64,000 bases of DNA from Halarcobacter sp. (GTDB lineage: Bacteria > Campylobacterota > Campylobacteria > Campylobacterales > Arcobacteraceae). The stretch spans positions 640,001 through 704,000 of the forward strand of contig CP182352.1 in NCBI GenBank assembly GCA_048571215.1. The letters run 5' to 3'. Below are positions 47,710 to 59,797 of this stretch, piece by piece. The position numbers were made by a program, and so were the translations under genes. The notes under the pieces were generated by a model. The model ran no database searches and was not told the origin of the DNA. It saw only the letters and a program-made list of their open reading frames with translations. Numbering within the stretch: the stretch's first letter is position 1; each line of letters begins with the position of its first letter.

Positions 47710-49142
47710 TAAACCTAATCCTATGTGGAGGAAGTGGAACAAGACTGTGGCCAATAAGTAGAAGCCTTATGCCAAAACAGTTTGTAAAATTGTTCGATAA
47801 TAAATCATTATTCCAATTAACAGTTCAAAGAAATTCAATAACTTGTGATAAACAATTAATTGTTTCAAATATAGAACAATATTTTCTAGCAGTAGATCAA
47901 TTAGCTGAATTAAATAAAAATGATAATTTGTGTCTTCTAGAACCAGTAGGAAGAAATACAGCACCAGCAATAGCTTTGGCTTGTTTAGCCCTAGACCCTG
48001 AAGAGTTAGTTTTAGTTACCCCAAGTGATCATCTAATAAAAAATGAAATAGAATATGAAAAAGTTGTAAAACAAGCAAAACAATTAGCTCAAGAAAATTA
48101 TTTAGTAACCTTTGGTATAACTCCAACATATGCAGAAATTGGATATGGATATATAGAGGCTTCGCCTGTAGATGGTAATTTGTCATTGGTTAATGGTATG
48201 GATGTTGTAAACTTTCATGAAAAACCAAATTTGAAAATAGCAGAAGAGTATTTAGAAACAAATAATAAATATACCAATGACCAATCAACAAGTTACTATC
48301 TTTGGAACTCTGGAATGTTTTGTTTTAAAGCTGGTGTTTTTTTAGATGAATTAAAAAAATACTCTTCAAATATCTATGAAACTTCTAAAATAGCTTTTGA
48401 AAATAAACAAAAGATAGCAAATAATCAACTAAGAATTACCCATGATGATATGATAAATATTCCAGAAGATTCAATTGATTATGCAGTAATGGAGAAATCA
48501 AATAAAGTAAAAGTAATCCCATCTGATATAAATTGGTCAGACTTGGGAAGCTTTGATGCTCTTTATGAAGAACTTCCAAAAGATGAAAACAATAATACAC
48601 AAAACCCTAATCATATCTCAATAGATTCATCAAATAATTTAGTTTATGGTGATGAAAGAACAATAGCTACAATAGATGTAGAAGATTTAATAGTAGTAGA
48701 TACAGGAGATGCCCTTTTAGTATCAAAAAAAGGTTCTAGCCAAAAAGTAAAAAAAGTAGTAGAAAAATTAAAAGAATCAAACTCTGAACTACATAATATA
48801 CATTTAACAGGATATAGACCATGGGGAACTTATACAGTTCTAGAAGATAGCCCTGGTTATAAAATAAAAAGAATAGAAGTAAAACCAAACTCAAGATTGT
48901 CATTGCAAAAACATTTCCATAGAAATGAACACTGGATAGTAGTAAGTGGAACAGCAACAGTAACAGTAGGAGAAAAAACCTTTACAGTAAGACCCAATGA
49001 GAGTACCTATATAAAGATGGGAGAAGTTCATAGACTATCAAATGAAGGTAAAATACCAGTAGTATTAATAGAAGCACAAGTTGGAGAATATACAGGTGAA
49101 GATGATATTGTTAGACTTGATGATGACTTTAAGAGAAATTAG
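47706..49142 (+). CDS. manC: Mannose-1-phosphate guanylyltransferase/mannose-6-phosphate isomerase
   Basis: [43 protein letters not shown] cupin tail. Confidence 0.95.
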   Translation: MINLILCGGSGTRLWPISRSLMPKQFVKLFDNKSLFQLTVQRNSITCDKQLIVSNIEQYFLAVDQLAELNKNDNLCLLEPVGRNTAPAIALACLALDPEELVLVTPSDHLIKNEIEYEKVVKQAKQLAQENYLVTFGITPTYAEIGYGYIEASPVDGNLSLVNGMDVVNFHEKPNLKIAEEYLETNNKYTNDQSTSYYLWNSGMFCFKAGVFLDELKKYSSNIYETSKIAFENKQKIANNQLRITHDDMINIPEDSIDYAVMEKSNKVKVIPSDINWSDLGSFDALYEELPKDENNNTQNPNHISIDSSNNLVYGDERTIATIDVEDLIVVDTGDALLVSKKGSSQKVKKVVEKLKESNSELHNIHLTGYRPWGTYTVLEDSPGYKIKRIEVKPNSRLSLQKHFHRNEHWIVVSGTATVTVGEKTFTVRPNESTYIKMGEVHRLSNEGKIPVVLIEAQVGEYTGEDDIVRLDDDFKRN

Positions 49143-49219
49143 ATAAAATAATTACATAAATAGAATTGTTGTTATAGAGTAAAGAATTATTCTTTTCTAT
49201 AATAAATTAAAGGTTTAAT

Positions 49220-50314
49220 TTGAATGTTTTAATGGTAAGCTTAGATTATCCACCAACAGTTGGTGGAATTACAGCCCATGTATATGAATTATCACAAGCT
49301 TTAAAGAATATAGGTTGTAGTGTAAGTGTTGCAACAAAATTAATTAATAAAAATGAAAAATTATATGAAAATATAGATGGTATAGATATTTATCGATTTG
49401 ATTTAAAATATATAGGTTTTTTATATGGTTATCAAATTAATAAATTTTTAAAGAATTTAATAAAAGAAAAAAAATTTGATATTATACATATTCATGGGAT
49501 GAGACCTTTGGAATTTTATAGTATAAAGAGTATTCCTTTAGTATATACAAATCATACCTCTGGATATTTAAAAAGGATAAAAAAAGGTGGTTATAGAATA
49601 CCTATGTTAAAAAAATTGTTTACTAAGCCACAACTTTTTTTAGCTCCAAGTGAAGAATTATTAGATGTTCCTTTTGACTTTTCAGCAAAAAAAGTATTTA
49701 TTCCTAATGGAGTTATATCATCAAAATTTACTAGAAATGAAAATGCTAGAAATAGACTAAGAAAAGAATTAAATATTAAATATGATGAAAAATTAGCAAT
49801 AATAACAAGAAGAATGGTATGGAAAAATGGTGTTAAATTTTTAGCTTTAGCCACTAAGTATATCAAAAATAAAAAGTTAAAATTGTTATTTATTGGTGAT
49901 GGTGAACAATTTAATGAGATAAAATCAATTTTGAAAGAAAGCTTTAAAGGTAGATTTATTTTATTAGGTTCAAAAAAGCATGAAGAGATTATAGATTATT
50001 ACAGTGCAGCTGATTTATCTATATTGCCATCTTTAATGGAAGCAACTAGTATTAGTGGACTTGAAGCTATGGCAGCTTCATTGCCTTTAGTTGGCACAAA
50101 TGTTGGAGGAATTCCTGTTATAATAAAAGATAGTGAAAATGGCTACTTATGTGAAAGTCAAAATGAAAAAGATTTAGCTTTAAAGATTGATAAATTATTA
50201 GAAAGTGATTATGTCGCAATGGGCAATAAATCAAAACAGATGGTAGATAGAAATTTTGATTGGATAGAAATTGCAAAAAAAACACTTGCTGAGTATGTGA
50301 GTATTCAAAAATGA
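49220..50314 (+). CDS. Glycosyltransferase family 4
   Basis: YPP.VGG, IPNGV, LPSLME...SGLEAMA..LP.VGT.VGG; TTG start. Confidence 0.88.
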   Translation: MNVLMVSLDYPPTVGGITAHVYELSQALKNIGCSVSVATKLINKNEKLYENIDGIDIYRFDLKYIGFLYGYQINKFLKNLIKEKKFDIIHIHGMRPLEFYSIKSIPLVYTNHTSGYLKRIKKGGYRIPMLKKLFTKPQLFLAPSEELLDVPFDFSAKKVFIPNGVISSKFTRNENARNRLRKELNIKYDEKLAIITRRMVWKNGVKFLALATKYIKNKKLKLLFIGDGEQFNEIKSILKESFKGRFILLGSKKHEEIIDYYSAADLSILPSLMEATSISGLEAMAASLPLVGTNVGGIPVIIKDSENGYLCESQNEKDLALKIDKLLESDYVAMGNKSKQMVDRNFDWIEIAKKTLAEYVSIQK

Positions 50315-51453
50315 CTAAAAAAGTATTATTAGTATTTGGAACACGACCAGAAGCGATAAAAATGGCTCCTTTAGTGAAAGCATTTAAAGAAGAGAATTCA
50401 ATAGAAACAAAAGTATGTGTAACAGCGCAACATAGGGAGATGTTAGATCAAGTATTAGATATGTTTGATATAAAACCTGATTATGATTTAAATTTGATGA
50501 AAGCAGGTCAAGATTTATATGATATAACAGCTGGGGTACTTTTAGGTTTAAAAGAAGTACTTCACGACTATAAACCAGATGTAGTACTAGTACATGGTGA
50601 TACAACAACAACTTCAGCTTCATCTTTAGCTGCATTTTATGAAAAAATAAAAGTGGGACATGTAGAAGCAGGACTTAGAACAGGGGATATATATTCTCCT
50701 TGGCCAGAAGAAGCAAATAGACAAATCACTGGTGTATTAGCAAACTATCATTTTGCCCCAACCTCTACAAGTGAGAAAAACCTTTTAAAAGAAAATAAAA
50801 ATAAAGAAAATATAGTAGTAACAGGGAATACAGTAATAGATGCATTATTTTTGGCTTTGGATAAAATAGAAAAAAATAAAGAATTAAAAAATAAAATATT
50901 AGATAATATAAATTTACAATATAAAATAGATGAAAATAAAAAGCTGATACTTGTTACGGGACATAGAAGAGAAAATTTTGGACAAGGATTTATAAATATT
51001 TGTGAATCTTTAAAAATGTTAGCAAATAGTAATCCTCATGTAGATATTGTTTATCCAGTACATTTAAATCCAAATGTACAAAAACCTGTGCGAGAGATAT
51101 TGTCTAATACACCAAATGTATACTTAATAGAACCATTGCAATATGAATCATTTATTTATTTGATGAATAAATCATATTTTATAATAACTGATAGTGGTGG
51201 AGTTCAAGAAGAGGCTCCAAGTTTAGGTAAACCAGTACTTGTAATGAGAGATACAACAGAAAGACCGGAAGCACTTCAAGCTGGAACTGTAAAGTTAGTT
51301 GGAACAAATTCAAAAACTATCATTAATGAATCACAAAAACTTCTAGATGATAAAGAGGAATATGAAAAAATGAGCAAAGCACATAATCCATATGGTGATG
51401 GAAAAGCTTGTAAAAAGATTGTCAAATTTATTAAAAATATAAAAGAAGTTTAA
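50311..51453 (+). CDS. wecB: UDP-GlcNAc 2-epimerase (non-hydrolysing)
   Basis: [41 protein letters not shown]. Confidence 0.95.
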   Translation: MTKKVLLVFGTRPEAIKMAPLVKAFKEENSIETKVCVTAQHREMLDQVLDMFDIKPDYDLNLMKAGQDLYDITAGVLLGLKEVLHDYKPDVVLVHGDTTTTSASSLAAFYEKIKVGHVEAGLRTGDIYSPWPEEANRQITGVLANYHFAPTSTSEKNLLKENKNKENIVVTGNTVIDALFLALDKIEKNKELKNKILDNINLQYKIDENKKLILVTGHRRENFGQGFINICESLKMLANSNPHVDIVYPVHLNPNVQKPVREILSNTPNVYLIEPLQYESFIYLMNKSYFIITDSGGVQEEAPSLGKPVLVMRDTTERPEALQAGTVKLVGTNSKTIINESQKLLDDKEEYEKMSKAHNPYGDGKACKKIVKFIKNIKEV

Positions 51454-52329
51454 ATGAAAGGTATAGTACTAGCAGGAGGCTCTGGAACAAGACTTTATCC
51501 CATAACAAAGTCATCAAGTAAACAGCTTTTGCCAATATATGATAAACCAATGATATATTATCCCTTATCAGTTTTGATGTTAGCAGGGATTAGAGACATC
51601 TTGATAATAACTACACCAGAAGATAACCATAAGTTTAAAGAACTTTTAGGCGATGGTAGTCAATGGGGTATCAATCTAGAATATAAAATACAGCCAAGTC
51701 CAGATGGATTAGCCCAAGCATTTATCTTAGGTGAAGATTTTATAGGAGATGATAGTGTTTGTTTGATTTTAGGAGATAATATTTTCTATGGAAGTGGATT
51801 GAGTCTAATGGTAAAAAATGCTGCTTTAATAAAAGAGGGAGCTGTAGTATTTGGATATCAAGTAAAAGATCCAAATAGATTTGGAGTAGTAGAGTTTGAT
51901 AAAGATAAAAATGCAATAAGTATTGAAGAAAAACCAAAAAAACCAAAATCAAATTTTGCAGTTACTGGTTTGTATTTTTATGATAATGAGGTAGTAAATA
52001 TAGCAAAAAATGTAAACTTAAGTGAACGAGGTGAATTTGAAATCACTTCAATAAATGAAGCATATCTAAAAAAAGGGAACTTGAAAGTTGAACTTCTAGG
52101 TCGTGGATTTGCATGGCTTGATACAGGAACTCATGATAGCCTGTTAGAAGCAGGACAATTTGTACAAACAATAGAGCATAGACAAGGGTATAAAATAGCT
52201 TGTTTAGAAGAGATTGCATATAATAATAAATGGATAACAAAAGAGAAAATATTAGAAATAGCAAAACCCTTATCTAAAAATGGATATGGTCAATATTTGT
52301 ATAACTTGGTGAAAGAGATAGATGTTTAA
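51454..52329 (+). CDS. rfbA: Glucose-1-phosphate thymidylyltransferase
   Basis: [43 protein letters not shown]. Confidence 0.95.
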   Translation: MKGIVLAGGSGTRLYPITKSSSKQLLPIYDKPMIYYPLSVLMLAGIRDILIITTPEDNHKFKELLGDGSQWGINLEYKIQPSPDGLAQAFILGEDFIGDDSVCLILGDNIFYGSGLSLMVKNAALIKEGAVVFGYQVKDPNRFGVVEFDKDKNAISIEEKPKKPKSNFAVTGLYFYDNEVVNIAKNVNLSERGEFEITSINEAYLKKGNLKVELLGRGFAWLDTGTHDSLLEAGQFVQTIEHRQGYKIACLEEIAYNNKWITKEKILEIAKPLSKNGYGQYLYNLVKEIDV

Positions 52330-53374
52330 TAATACAATATTAGTAACAGGATGCGCAGGATTTATAGGAAGTAACTTTGTGCCATATTTTTTAGAAAAAT
52401 ATCAAGATTGTAATATAGTAAACCTAGATCTTCTAACATATGCAGGAGACTTAGAAAATCTAAAAGAGTGTGAAGAAAATCCAAGATATAAATTTATAAA
52501 AGGCGATATCTGTAATAGAGAATTAATAGAGTTTATATTTAATGAATATGATATACAAGGTGTAATTCACTTTGCAGCAGAATCCCATGTAGATAACTCT
52601 ATAAAAAATCCAGGAATATTTATAGAAACAAATGTAAATGGAACATATACCTTAGTAGATGTGGCATATAAATATTGGATGAATAAACCCTTTGAATATA
52701 AAAAAAAGTACAAAAATTGTAGATTTCATCATATCTCTACAGATGAAGTGTATGGAACTTTAAGTGAAGATCCAAATGACCTTTTCCGTGAGTCTACACC
52801 ATATGCACCAAACTCGCCATACTCAGCTTCAAAAGCATCAAGTGATATGATAGTAAGATCTTATGTGGAAACATTTGGACTAAATGCAGTAATCACAAAC
52901 TGCTCAAATAACTATGGACCAAAACAACATGATGAAAAGCTAATTCCTACTATTATAAGAAATGCTCTACAAGGAAATCCTATACCAATATATGGAGATG
53001 GGAAAAATATAAGAGATTGGTTGTATGTACTAGATCATTGTAAAGGTATAGACTTAGTTTTCAAAAAAGGGCAAAAAGGGCAAACCTATAATATAGGTGG
53101 AAGAAATGAAAGAACAAATCTGCAAATAGTAAACAGAATTTGTGAAATATTGGATGAAGTTAAACCAATCTCTACTAATATACAAATAACAAATAACCAA
53201 TTACAATCCTACAAAGAGTTAATAACATTTGTAGAAGATAGAGCAGGGCATGATAGAAGATATGCAATAGATGCAAGTAAATTGGAAAATGAACTTGGAT
53301 GGAAAGCAGATGAGAACTTTGATACTGGTATAGTTAAGACTATTGAGTGGTATTTAGATAAATACTTAGGATAA
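52322..53374 (+). CDS. rfbB: dTDP-glucose 4,6-dehydratase
   Basis: [45 protein letters not shown]. Confidence 0.95.
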   Translation: MFNNTILVTGCAGFIGSNFVPYFLEKYQDCNIVNLDLLTYAGDLENLKECEENPRYKFIKGDICNRELIEFIFNEYDIQGVIHFAAESHVDNSIKNPGIFIETNVNGTYTLVDVAYKYWMNKPFEYKKKYKNCRFHHISTDEVYGTLSEDPNDLFRESTPYAPNSPYSASKASSDMIVRSYVETFGLNAVITNCSNNYGPKQHDEKLIPTIIRNALQGNPIPIYGDGKNIRDWLYVLDHCKGIDLVFKKGQKGQTYNIGGRNERTNLQIVNRICEILDEVKPISTNIQITNNQLQSYKELITFVEDRAGHDRRYAIDASKLENELGWKADENFDTGIVKTIEWYLDKYLG

Positions 53375-53377
53375 AAA

Positions 53378-53956
53378 ATGGCATACTATACAGAAAAGCA
53401 ATTAAATAATTTAGGTTTTAAATCACTTGGCAAAAATGTAAAAATTAGTGATAAAGCAAGTATTTATAATTGTAATCAAATAGAAATAGGAGATAACTCA
53501 AGAATTGATGATTTTTGTGTAATATCAGGAAAAATAAAAATTGGAAGAAATGTACATATTACTCCTACATGTTTAGTTGCTGGGGGAGAAAAAGGTATTG
53601 TTTTTGAAGATTTTACAACTATTGCTTATGGTGTTCAAGTTTTTACACAATCAGATGATTATAGTGGAGAAACTATGACAAATTCAACAGTTCCTAAAAA
53701 TTATAAAAATGAATTTATGAAAGAAGTTATCCTAAAAAAACACTCAATTGTTGGTGCAGGTTCAATTATAATGCCTGGAGTAGTTCTTAATGAAGGTACA
53801 TCAATAGGAGCTATGTCATTAGTTCTAAAATCAACACAAGCTTGGAGCATATATGTAGGTAATCCAGCAAAAAAATTAAAAGATAGAAAGAAAGATTTAT
53901 TGGAACTTGAAAAAAAATATTTAGAAGATGAGAGAGAAGTTAATGATACCATTTAA
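53378..53956 (+). CDS. Hexapeptide-repeat sugar acyl/acetyltransferase
   Basis: IEIGDNSRIDDF, SDDYSG, IVGAGSIIMPGV, YVGNPAK; next to the aminotransferase. Confidence 0.82.
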   Translation: MAYYTEKQLNNLGFKSLGKNVKISDKASIYNCNQIEIGDNSRIDDFCVISGKIKIGRNVHITPTCLVAGGEKGIVFEDFTTIAYGVQVFTQSDDYSGETMTNSTVPKNYKNEFMKEVILKKHSIVGAGSIIMPGVVLNEGTSIGAMSLVLKSTQAWSIYVGNPAKKLKDRKKDLLELEKKYLEDEREVNDTI

Positions 53957-55082
53957 TAAACCTCCTTTTACAGGAAATGAAGAAAAATATATTTTAGAAT
54001 CAATAAAAAGTAGTAAGATTTCTGGTGATGGAGAATTTACTAAAAGGTGTACAAAATGGTTTGAAGAAAAACTTCAATCTAAAAAGATTCTTTTAACAAC
54101 TTCTTGTACCCATGCACTAGAGATGGCAGCAATTCTTTTAGATATTAAAGATGGTGATGAAGTAATTATGCCTTCATATACTTTTGTTTCAACTGCAAAT
54201 GCTTTTGTTTTAAGAGGTGCTAAAATAGTTTTTGTGGATATAAGACCAGATACGATGAATATAAATGAAACTAAAATCGAAGAAGCTATAACTAATAAAA
54301 CTAAAGTAATTGTTCCAGTTCATTATGCTGGTGTTTCTTGTGAAATGGATACAATTATGGATATTGCATATAAGTATAATCTTTTTGTAGTTGAAGATGC
54401 AGCTCAAGGTATGATGAGCACATATAGAGGTAAACCACTTGGCACAATTGGACATATAGGTACTTATAGTTTTCATGAAACTAAAAATTACACTAGTGCA
54501 GGAGAAGGTGGCTTATTGATAGTAAATGATGAAAAATTTAAAGAGAGAGCGGAAATTATAAGAGAAAAGGGAACAAATAGAAGCCAATTTTTTAGAGGTA
54601 TGGTAGATAAATATTCTTGGGTAGATGTAGGAAGTAGTTACCTTATGAATGATGTAAGTGCTGCATACCTTTGGGGAAATTTAGAAAAAGCTAATAAAAT
54701 AAATGAAAACAGAGTAGAAACTTGGCATAAATATTATGATGGATTAAAGAGTTTAGAATCAAAAGACTATATAAGTTTACCAATTATTCCAAATAATTGT
54801 ACTCATAATGCTCATATGTTTTATTTAAAAGTTAAAAATATTGATGTAAGAACAAAATTATTAGAGTATTTAAAAGAGAATGATATATTATCTGTATTTC
54901 ATTATGTTCCATTACATTCTTCAATTGCAGGGGAAAAGTTTGGAAGATTTTACAGTAAAGATAACTATACAACACTTGAAAGTGAAAGACTGATAAGACT
55001 ACCTTTGTATTTTAATATGGAAGATAAAAATGTCAGCTATATAATAGATATATTAAAACAGTTTTTTATAAGAGAGAAATAA
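53943..55082 (+). CDS. rffA: dTDP-4-amino-4,6-dideoxygalactose transaminase (WecE/RffA)
   Basis: MIPFNKP, SCTHALEMAA, EDAAQG, SFHETKN, IIREKGTNRSQFFRG.VDKY.W. Confidence 0.9.
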   Translation: MIPFNKPPFTGNEEKYILESIKSSKISGDGEFTKRCTKWFEEKLQSKKILLTTSCTHALEMAAILLDIKDGDEVIMPSYTFVSTANAFVLRGAKIVFVDIRPDTMNINETKIEEAITNKTKVIVPVHYAGVSCEMDTIMDIAYKYNLFVVEDAAQGMMSTYRGKPLGTIGHIGTYSFHETKNYTSAGEGGLLIVNDEKFKERAEIIREKGTNRSQFFRGMVDKYSWVDVGSSYLMNDVSAAYLWGNLEKANKINENRVETWHKYYDGLKSLESKDYISLPIIPNNCTHNAHMFYLKVKNIDVRTKLLEYLKENDILSVFHYVPLHSSIAGEKFGRFYSKDNYTTLESERLIRLPLYFNMEDKNVSYIIDILKQFFIREK

Positions 55083-55083
55083 A

Positions 55084-55887
55084 ATGAATATAAACAGTAA
55101 AGTACCTGATGCAATTGAACATTTAAATATAGTAAAAACAAAACTATTAAATAAAGAACCCTTTGTTTTTATTAGGTTTAGTGATGGAGAAACAGAAATA
55201 TTAAAAAATAGATATTTGGAAATTAAACCAGGTAAGACAATTTTTAGAGGTAAAGAGATTAAAAATAATTTTCCAGAATTTGATTCTAAAAGATTTGATC
55301 CTTCAATACATCAAAATATTAGAGAAGATTTACTATTAAGTGCTAAGTTTAAAGAAAAAAACTTTTTTAAAGGGATTCCAACTTCTCATAATAAAGCAAA
55401 TGATGATAAAGAAATGATGCTTGAGTTAAATGGAGGGTTTAGTGAAAATATAACATTTGCAGATTTGTTTTTAAATTCAAATTATGAAAAGTATTTAAAT
55501 GAAATTGTTCCTTTATTTGAAAGTTTTGAAAATATAGTTGTAATAGCTAATTATAGAGCAAAACCAATAGGAATATTAAAATATGCTAAACATATTGAGA
55601 TACCCGACAATTTTTTTGCTAATTATGATGATGTAGTAGTTGATGTTATGGAGCAACTTAAAGGGATTGAAGATAATAGTCTAGTTTTATCTTCTGCTTC
55701 ATCCTTATCAAATATATTAGGACATAAACTTTTTTTGACTAATAAGAGTGTTACATTTTTAGATATAGGTACATCTATTAATAGTCTTTTATCATTAGAT
55801 GATAAAATAAGATCATATCATAAACAAAAAAATAAATCATTTTTTAGAAAAATTTTTAAAAAATCTAAAGATACTATAAAATGGTAA
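55084..55887 (+). CDS. Putative glycosyltransferase, GT-D-fold-like
   Basis: F.RFSDGE N-terminal and LDIGTS C-terminal motifs recall DUF1792/GT-D. Confidence 0.55.
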   Translation: MNINSKVPDAIEHLNIVKTKLLNKEPFVFIRFSDGETEILKNRYLEIKPGKTIFRGKEIKNNFPEFDSKRFDPSIHQNIREDLLLSAKFKEKNFFKGIPTSHNKANDDKEMMLELNGGFSENITFADLFLNSNYEKYLNEIVPLFESFENIVVIANYRAKPIGILKYAKHIEIPDNFFANYDDVVVDVMEQLKGIEDNSLVLSSASSLSNILGHKLFLTNKSVTFLDIGTSINSLLSLDDKIRSYHKQKNKSFFRKIFKKSKDTIKW

Positions 55888-55900
55888 TTAAGGACTTTAA

Positions 55901-56974
55901 ATGTTAAGAAAGTTTCGTAATAAATTAGAAACTAAGATTTATAAAATTAGAAATAAAGGTAATATTGATTTATCAGACTATAAGATTGTAGAAAATAGTT
56001 TTAGTGGCAAAAAATTAAATATTATTGTTTTAACTTATGCCGATCACAGTTTTGTTAAAAATAATTCTATAAATGTATTAAAAGAGTTTGGAGAAGTTTT
56101 TACATATGTTATGACACAAAAAACGCATGAGAGAGATTGGTATTTAAAAAAACAAAAGATTAATGAAAACATGTTAGATTTTGTATATGATACAGTAAAA
56201 GAGAATAAAATTGATATTATAGTTTGTCATTTATCTGGACATAGTACTACACCTAAAATTTTAGAAAAAATAAAAGAATTAAATATTCTAATGATAAATG
56301 AATCATTAGATGATGAAGCAAAGTTTAGAAGTAGAAAAGGTAAAGATGAATATTATAGGGGTATGAAAGATATTTGTAAATATTTTGATATATCTCTTAC
56401 TACTTCAAAAAGTGCAATAGTGAAATATTTAGTAGAAGGTGGAAATCCTATTTATAAAGACTACTCAGGAAATGAAAAAATTTATAGAAATTTAAATTTA
56501 GAAAAAGAGTTTGATGTTGGTTTTATTGGACAGGGATATGGAATAAGAAAAGAGTATATTGAGTTTTTATCGAATAATGGAATTGATGTTTACACAAAAG
56601 GACCAGGATGGTCTAATGGTTTTGCTAGTGATACAGAAATGATTGAGATATTTAATAAATCAAAAATAGTTTTAGGTTTTTCAACAGTTGGTAAAGATAA
56701 TAATGTTTACATATTAAAAGGAAGAGATTTTGAAGTACCTTTAACAGGTAGTTTTTATATAACTGGTTACCATAAAGAGCTAGAAGAGTATTTTGAAGTG
56801 GGACATGATATTGAAACTTATAATTCAAAAGAGGATTTACTTAAAAAAGTAAGATATTATTTAGAAAATGAAAAGAAAAGAGAAGATATAGCTTATAGTG
56901 GCTATAAGAAATGTTTAAATAATTATACTTCTAAAAAATCTTATGAAAAACTATTTGGTTATTTAGGATTATAA
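55901..56974 (+). CDS. CgeB-like glycosyltransferase (Glyco_trans_1_2)
   Basis: DVGFIG, SKIVLG, KGRDFEVP..G.FY.T, YYLENE..RE.IA..G. Confidence 0.78.
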   Translation: MLRKFRNKLETKIYKIRNKGNIDLSDYKIVENSFSGKKLNIIVLTYADHSFVKNNSINVLKEFGEVFTYVMTQKTHERDWYLKKQKINENMLDFVYDTVKENKIDIIVCHLSGHSTTPKILEKIKELNILMINESLDDEAKFRSRKGKDEYYRGMKDICKYFDISLTTSKSAIVKYLVEGGNPIYKDYSGNEKIYRNLNLEKEFDVGFIGQGYGIRKEYIEFLSNNGIDVYTKGPGWSNGFASDTEMIEIFNKSKIVLGFSTVGKDNNVYILKGRDFEVPLTGSFYITGYHKELEEYFEVGHDIETYNSKEDLLKKVRYYLENEKKREDIAYSGYKKCLNNYTSKKSYEKLFGYLGL

Positions 56975-57012
56975 TTTATTAAAGTTAATTTTTAGGAAAT
57001 TTAATTAAAATA

Positions 57013-57870
57013 ATGTCTGAAATGAAACTAAGGAAATATAAAATTATGAGTAAGTTTTTAAAAATAATAAATTATATATTTAGAAATAAGTTGGAAAAAG
57101 AAAAAAATAACAAGTATTATAGAAATCATTGCCCTATTAATCCGATGCATGACGATATATATATAGTTGAATTTCCTAAAAGTGGAATTACTTGGTTACA
57201 ACATATATTGGGAAATATTGAACTACAATTGGCAAATAAAAATGAAATAATTACTTATTATAATTATCGAAAATATATGCCAGATATATATCAGGTAGAT
57301 GGGTATAGTAAAATTAATAGATTTTTAGATAGAACCTTTATTAAATCTCATTCGAAATTTAATCCAAATTATAATTTTGTGATTTACTTAATGAGAAATC
57401 CTTATGATGTTATGGTAAGTTTCTATAATTATATGTTAGCACATGGTACGACTTTTTCTTCATTTGAAGAATTTGTAAAAAATGATAAATTTGGTATATC
57501 AACTTGGAAAAGTCACATTAATAGCTGGCACAATAATAATAGTGTTCAAAAGATACATTTTATAAAATATGAGAATTTAATTATTGATGCAATTAACGAA
57601 ATTAAAAAATTGTATTTAAATCTTGGCATAGAACCTTCTGAAAATATTATAAAAGAAGCACTTGCTCGTTCATCAATGAATAATATGAAAAAATCAGAAG
57701 ATGATTATAAGAAAGTAAATGTTAATTATACAATTACTTTTGTAGGAAAAGAAAATAAAATAAGTAAAGATGATTTGTTAACTAATGATATAAAAAAGTA
57801 TATAAATAATATTGCATATGATGAAATCAAAACTTTTTATCCAGAACTTTTAAAAACTGATGAAAGATAA
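57013..57870 (+). CDS. PAPS-dependent sulfotransferase
   Basis: 5'-PSB loop FPKSGITWL, KSH, 3'-PB RNPYDVMVSFY, W..H...W, IKYENL. Confidence 0.85.
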   Translation: MSEMKLRKYKIMSKFLKIINYIFRNKLEKEKNNKYYRNHCPINPMHDDIYIVEFPKSGITWLQHILGNIELQLANKNEIITYYNYRKYMPDIYQVDGYSKINRFLDRTFIKSHSKFNPNYNFVIYLMRNPYDVMVSFYNYMLAHGTTFSSFEEFVKNDKFGISTWKSHINSWHNNNSVQKIHFIKYENLIIDAINEIKKLYLNLGIEPSENIIKEALARSSMNNMKKSEDDYKKVNVNYTITFVGKENKISKDDLLTNDIKKYINNIAYDEIKTFYPELLKTDER

Positions 57871-57911
57871 GTTTCATTATAATAATATTGATATCACTAG
57901 CAACTTCAAAA

Positions 57912-58715
57912 CTATTTTTCCCACCAAATCTTAGGCATAACAAAGTCTTCACATTTATTTGAATTTCTTTGATCAAGTTTGTGAGGAAGTGAAATTGGAG
58001 TATCATTTTTAAGTTTTTTTACATAATCATTTCTTAAAAAAGTTACTTCAAAAGTTCTTGGTATTTCTATACCATTATATGTTTCTAGTCCACATAAATT
58101 GTTTGGATGAATATGACATATGGAAAATTCTTTATAGAATTTTTCAAATATTCCAGTCATCATTCTCAAAAAATATTTATCAAAAAGTTTTTCAGTAGAA
58201 TGAAATTCAATAATTATACAACTAAATCTTTTTAGTGTTTCAATTGATTCAGATATTAAAACATTGTATTCTGAACTTTCTATATCCATTTGGAGTAATA
58301 AATTCTTTTCTTCAGTGCCTAATTTATTGTTAATCCAATCTTTTAAAGTTATTACATTTGTAGTATTATATGAACCTAAATAAAGTTTTTCAAATTCAAA
58401 GTTTTTATCTTTTACTGGCTCTGATTCCACACTAGCATCAATCATAAAACTTTTAATACCATATTTTTCTGATATCATTTTTTCAAATGTAGCAGTATAA
58501 TCTACTCCTGGTGAAAAACAATATTTAATGTCATTAAATATGTCTGGTAATAAATATCCTCCATCATTATTTCCACCTACTCTAATTAGATCAACAGATA
58601 TATAGTGTTTTTTAAATCTTTCAATAAATTGTAAAATATTTTCTAATTCTGCAAAATCATCAACAAGTAATCCTCTTTTGAAAAAAATTTTTTTAATCTT
58701 GGATTTTAAACTCAT
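57912..58715 (-). CDS. FkbM-like/Methyltransf_22 SAM-dependent methyltransferase
   Basis: RVGG..DGGY, FSPGV, LQMDIE.SE, IIEFH, H.HPNN. Confidence 0.72.
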   Translation of the reverse strand: MSLKSKIKKIFFKRGLLVDDFAELENILQFIERFKKHYISVDLIRVGGNNDGGYLLPDIFNDIKYCFSPGVDYTATFEKMISEKYGIKSFMIDASVESEPVKDKNFEFEKLYLGSYNTTNVITLKDWINNKLGTEEKNLLLQMDIESSEYNVLISESIETLKRFSCIIIEFHSTEKLFDKYFLRMMTGIFEKFYKEFSICHIHPNNLCGLETYNGIEIPRTFEVTFLRNDYVKKLKNDTPISLPHKLDQRNSNKCEDFVMPKIWWEK

Positions 58716-58879
58716 ATTATTCCTATAGTTTTATATATATTATTATTTTACTCAGTTTACCTTTAATGTATTATTATGAAGATTATATTATAATACTTAT
58801 TATTGTATTAAAATTTTTACTTTTTTATACGAATGTTAAATAAACAAGAAATAGTAATTTTCAAAGGTATTCATAGTAT

Positions 58880-59794
58880 ATGCAAAGAATTAAAAAAAGA
58901 ATTTATAATTATTTATTGCCAATAAGTAAAAAAAATAAAATTGAAAATTCTTATATTACATGTGCAGGGAGAAATGATGGACTGGGTGCACAGCTCCATT
59001 CTATTTTATCTGTATTGTTAGTTGCAAAACAATATAATCTTATATATGCACATACACCTTTTAATTCATTAGATCATAATAAAGGAAAAGAAAATTTTTT
59101 TGAAGATGCCTTTAATCTTAGTAAAAATGAAGTTAATATAAAAAGTCTTGACGATGATAACTTGGAAATAAAATATATTAAACATCCATTTGAAATTAAA
59201 GATAAAGATAATGTACTATATATAACACAATCTTGTCATCAATATGCGGATAAATATCCAGATAAATATTTAAATGTAGTGGATGAATTTAAAAATAAAT
59301 TTTTTGATAACTTTAAAAGTCAATATGTGAATTATAATGATAATAAAAATCTTAATATAGGTTTACATATTAGAAGAGGTGACGTAAGTAAAAATAAAAA
59401 TGAGATAAAATTTACAAATAATTCATATTATATTAATATTGTAAATAATATTTTAAAATTAGTTGATAATTTGGGAATTGATGTAAATATACATATTTAT
59501 TCTCAGGGGTTAATAGAAGATTTTAAAGAATTTGAAAGTTATAATGTATTTTATCATCTTGATGAATGTTTATTAACAACTTTCTACAATTTAATTGAAA
59601 GTGATATTTTAGTAATGTCAAAGAGCTCTTTAAGTTATTGTGCTGGGTTATTAAATGAAAATATTATTATCTATCAAGAGTTTTGGCATAAACCATTAAG
59701 TAATTGGAATATAGTTAAGTTTAGAGATGGTGATTTATTCTTTGATAAGTCAAGTTTTAAAAACCAAATAATTAAACTATTAGAAAAAAAATAA
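58880..59794 (+). CDS. Putative fucosyltransferase (GT11/GT23-like fold)
   Basis: DGLGAQL, LHIRRGD GDP-Fuc-binding motif, DILVMSKSS.SY. Confidence 0.65.
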   Translation: MQRIKKRIYNYLLPISKKNKIENSYITCAGRNDGLGAQLHSILSVLLVAKQYNLIYAHTPFNSLDHNKGKENFFEDAFNLSKNEVNIKSLDDDNLEIKYIKHPFEIKDKDNVLYITQSCHQYADKYPDKYLNVVDEFKNKFFDNFKSQYVNYNDNKNLNIGLHIRRGDVSKNKNEIKFTNNSYYINIVNNILKLVDNLGIDVNIHIYSQGLIEDFKEFESYNVFYHLDECLLTTFYNLIESDILVMSKSSLSYCAGLLNENIIIYQEFWHKPLSNWNIVKFRDGDLFFDKSSFKNQIIKLLEKK

Positions 59795-59797
59795 GAT

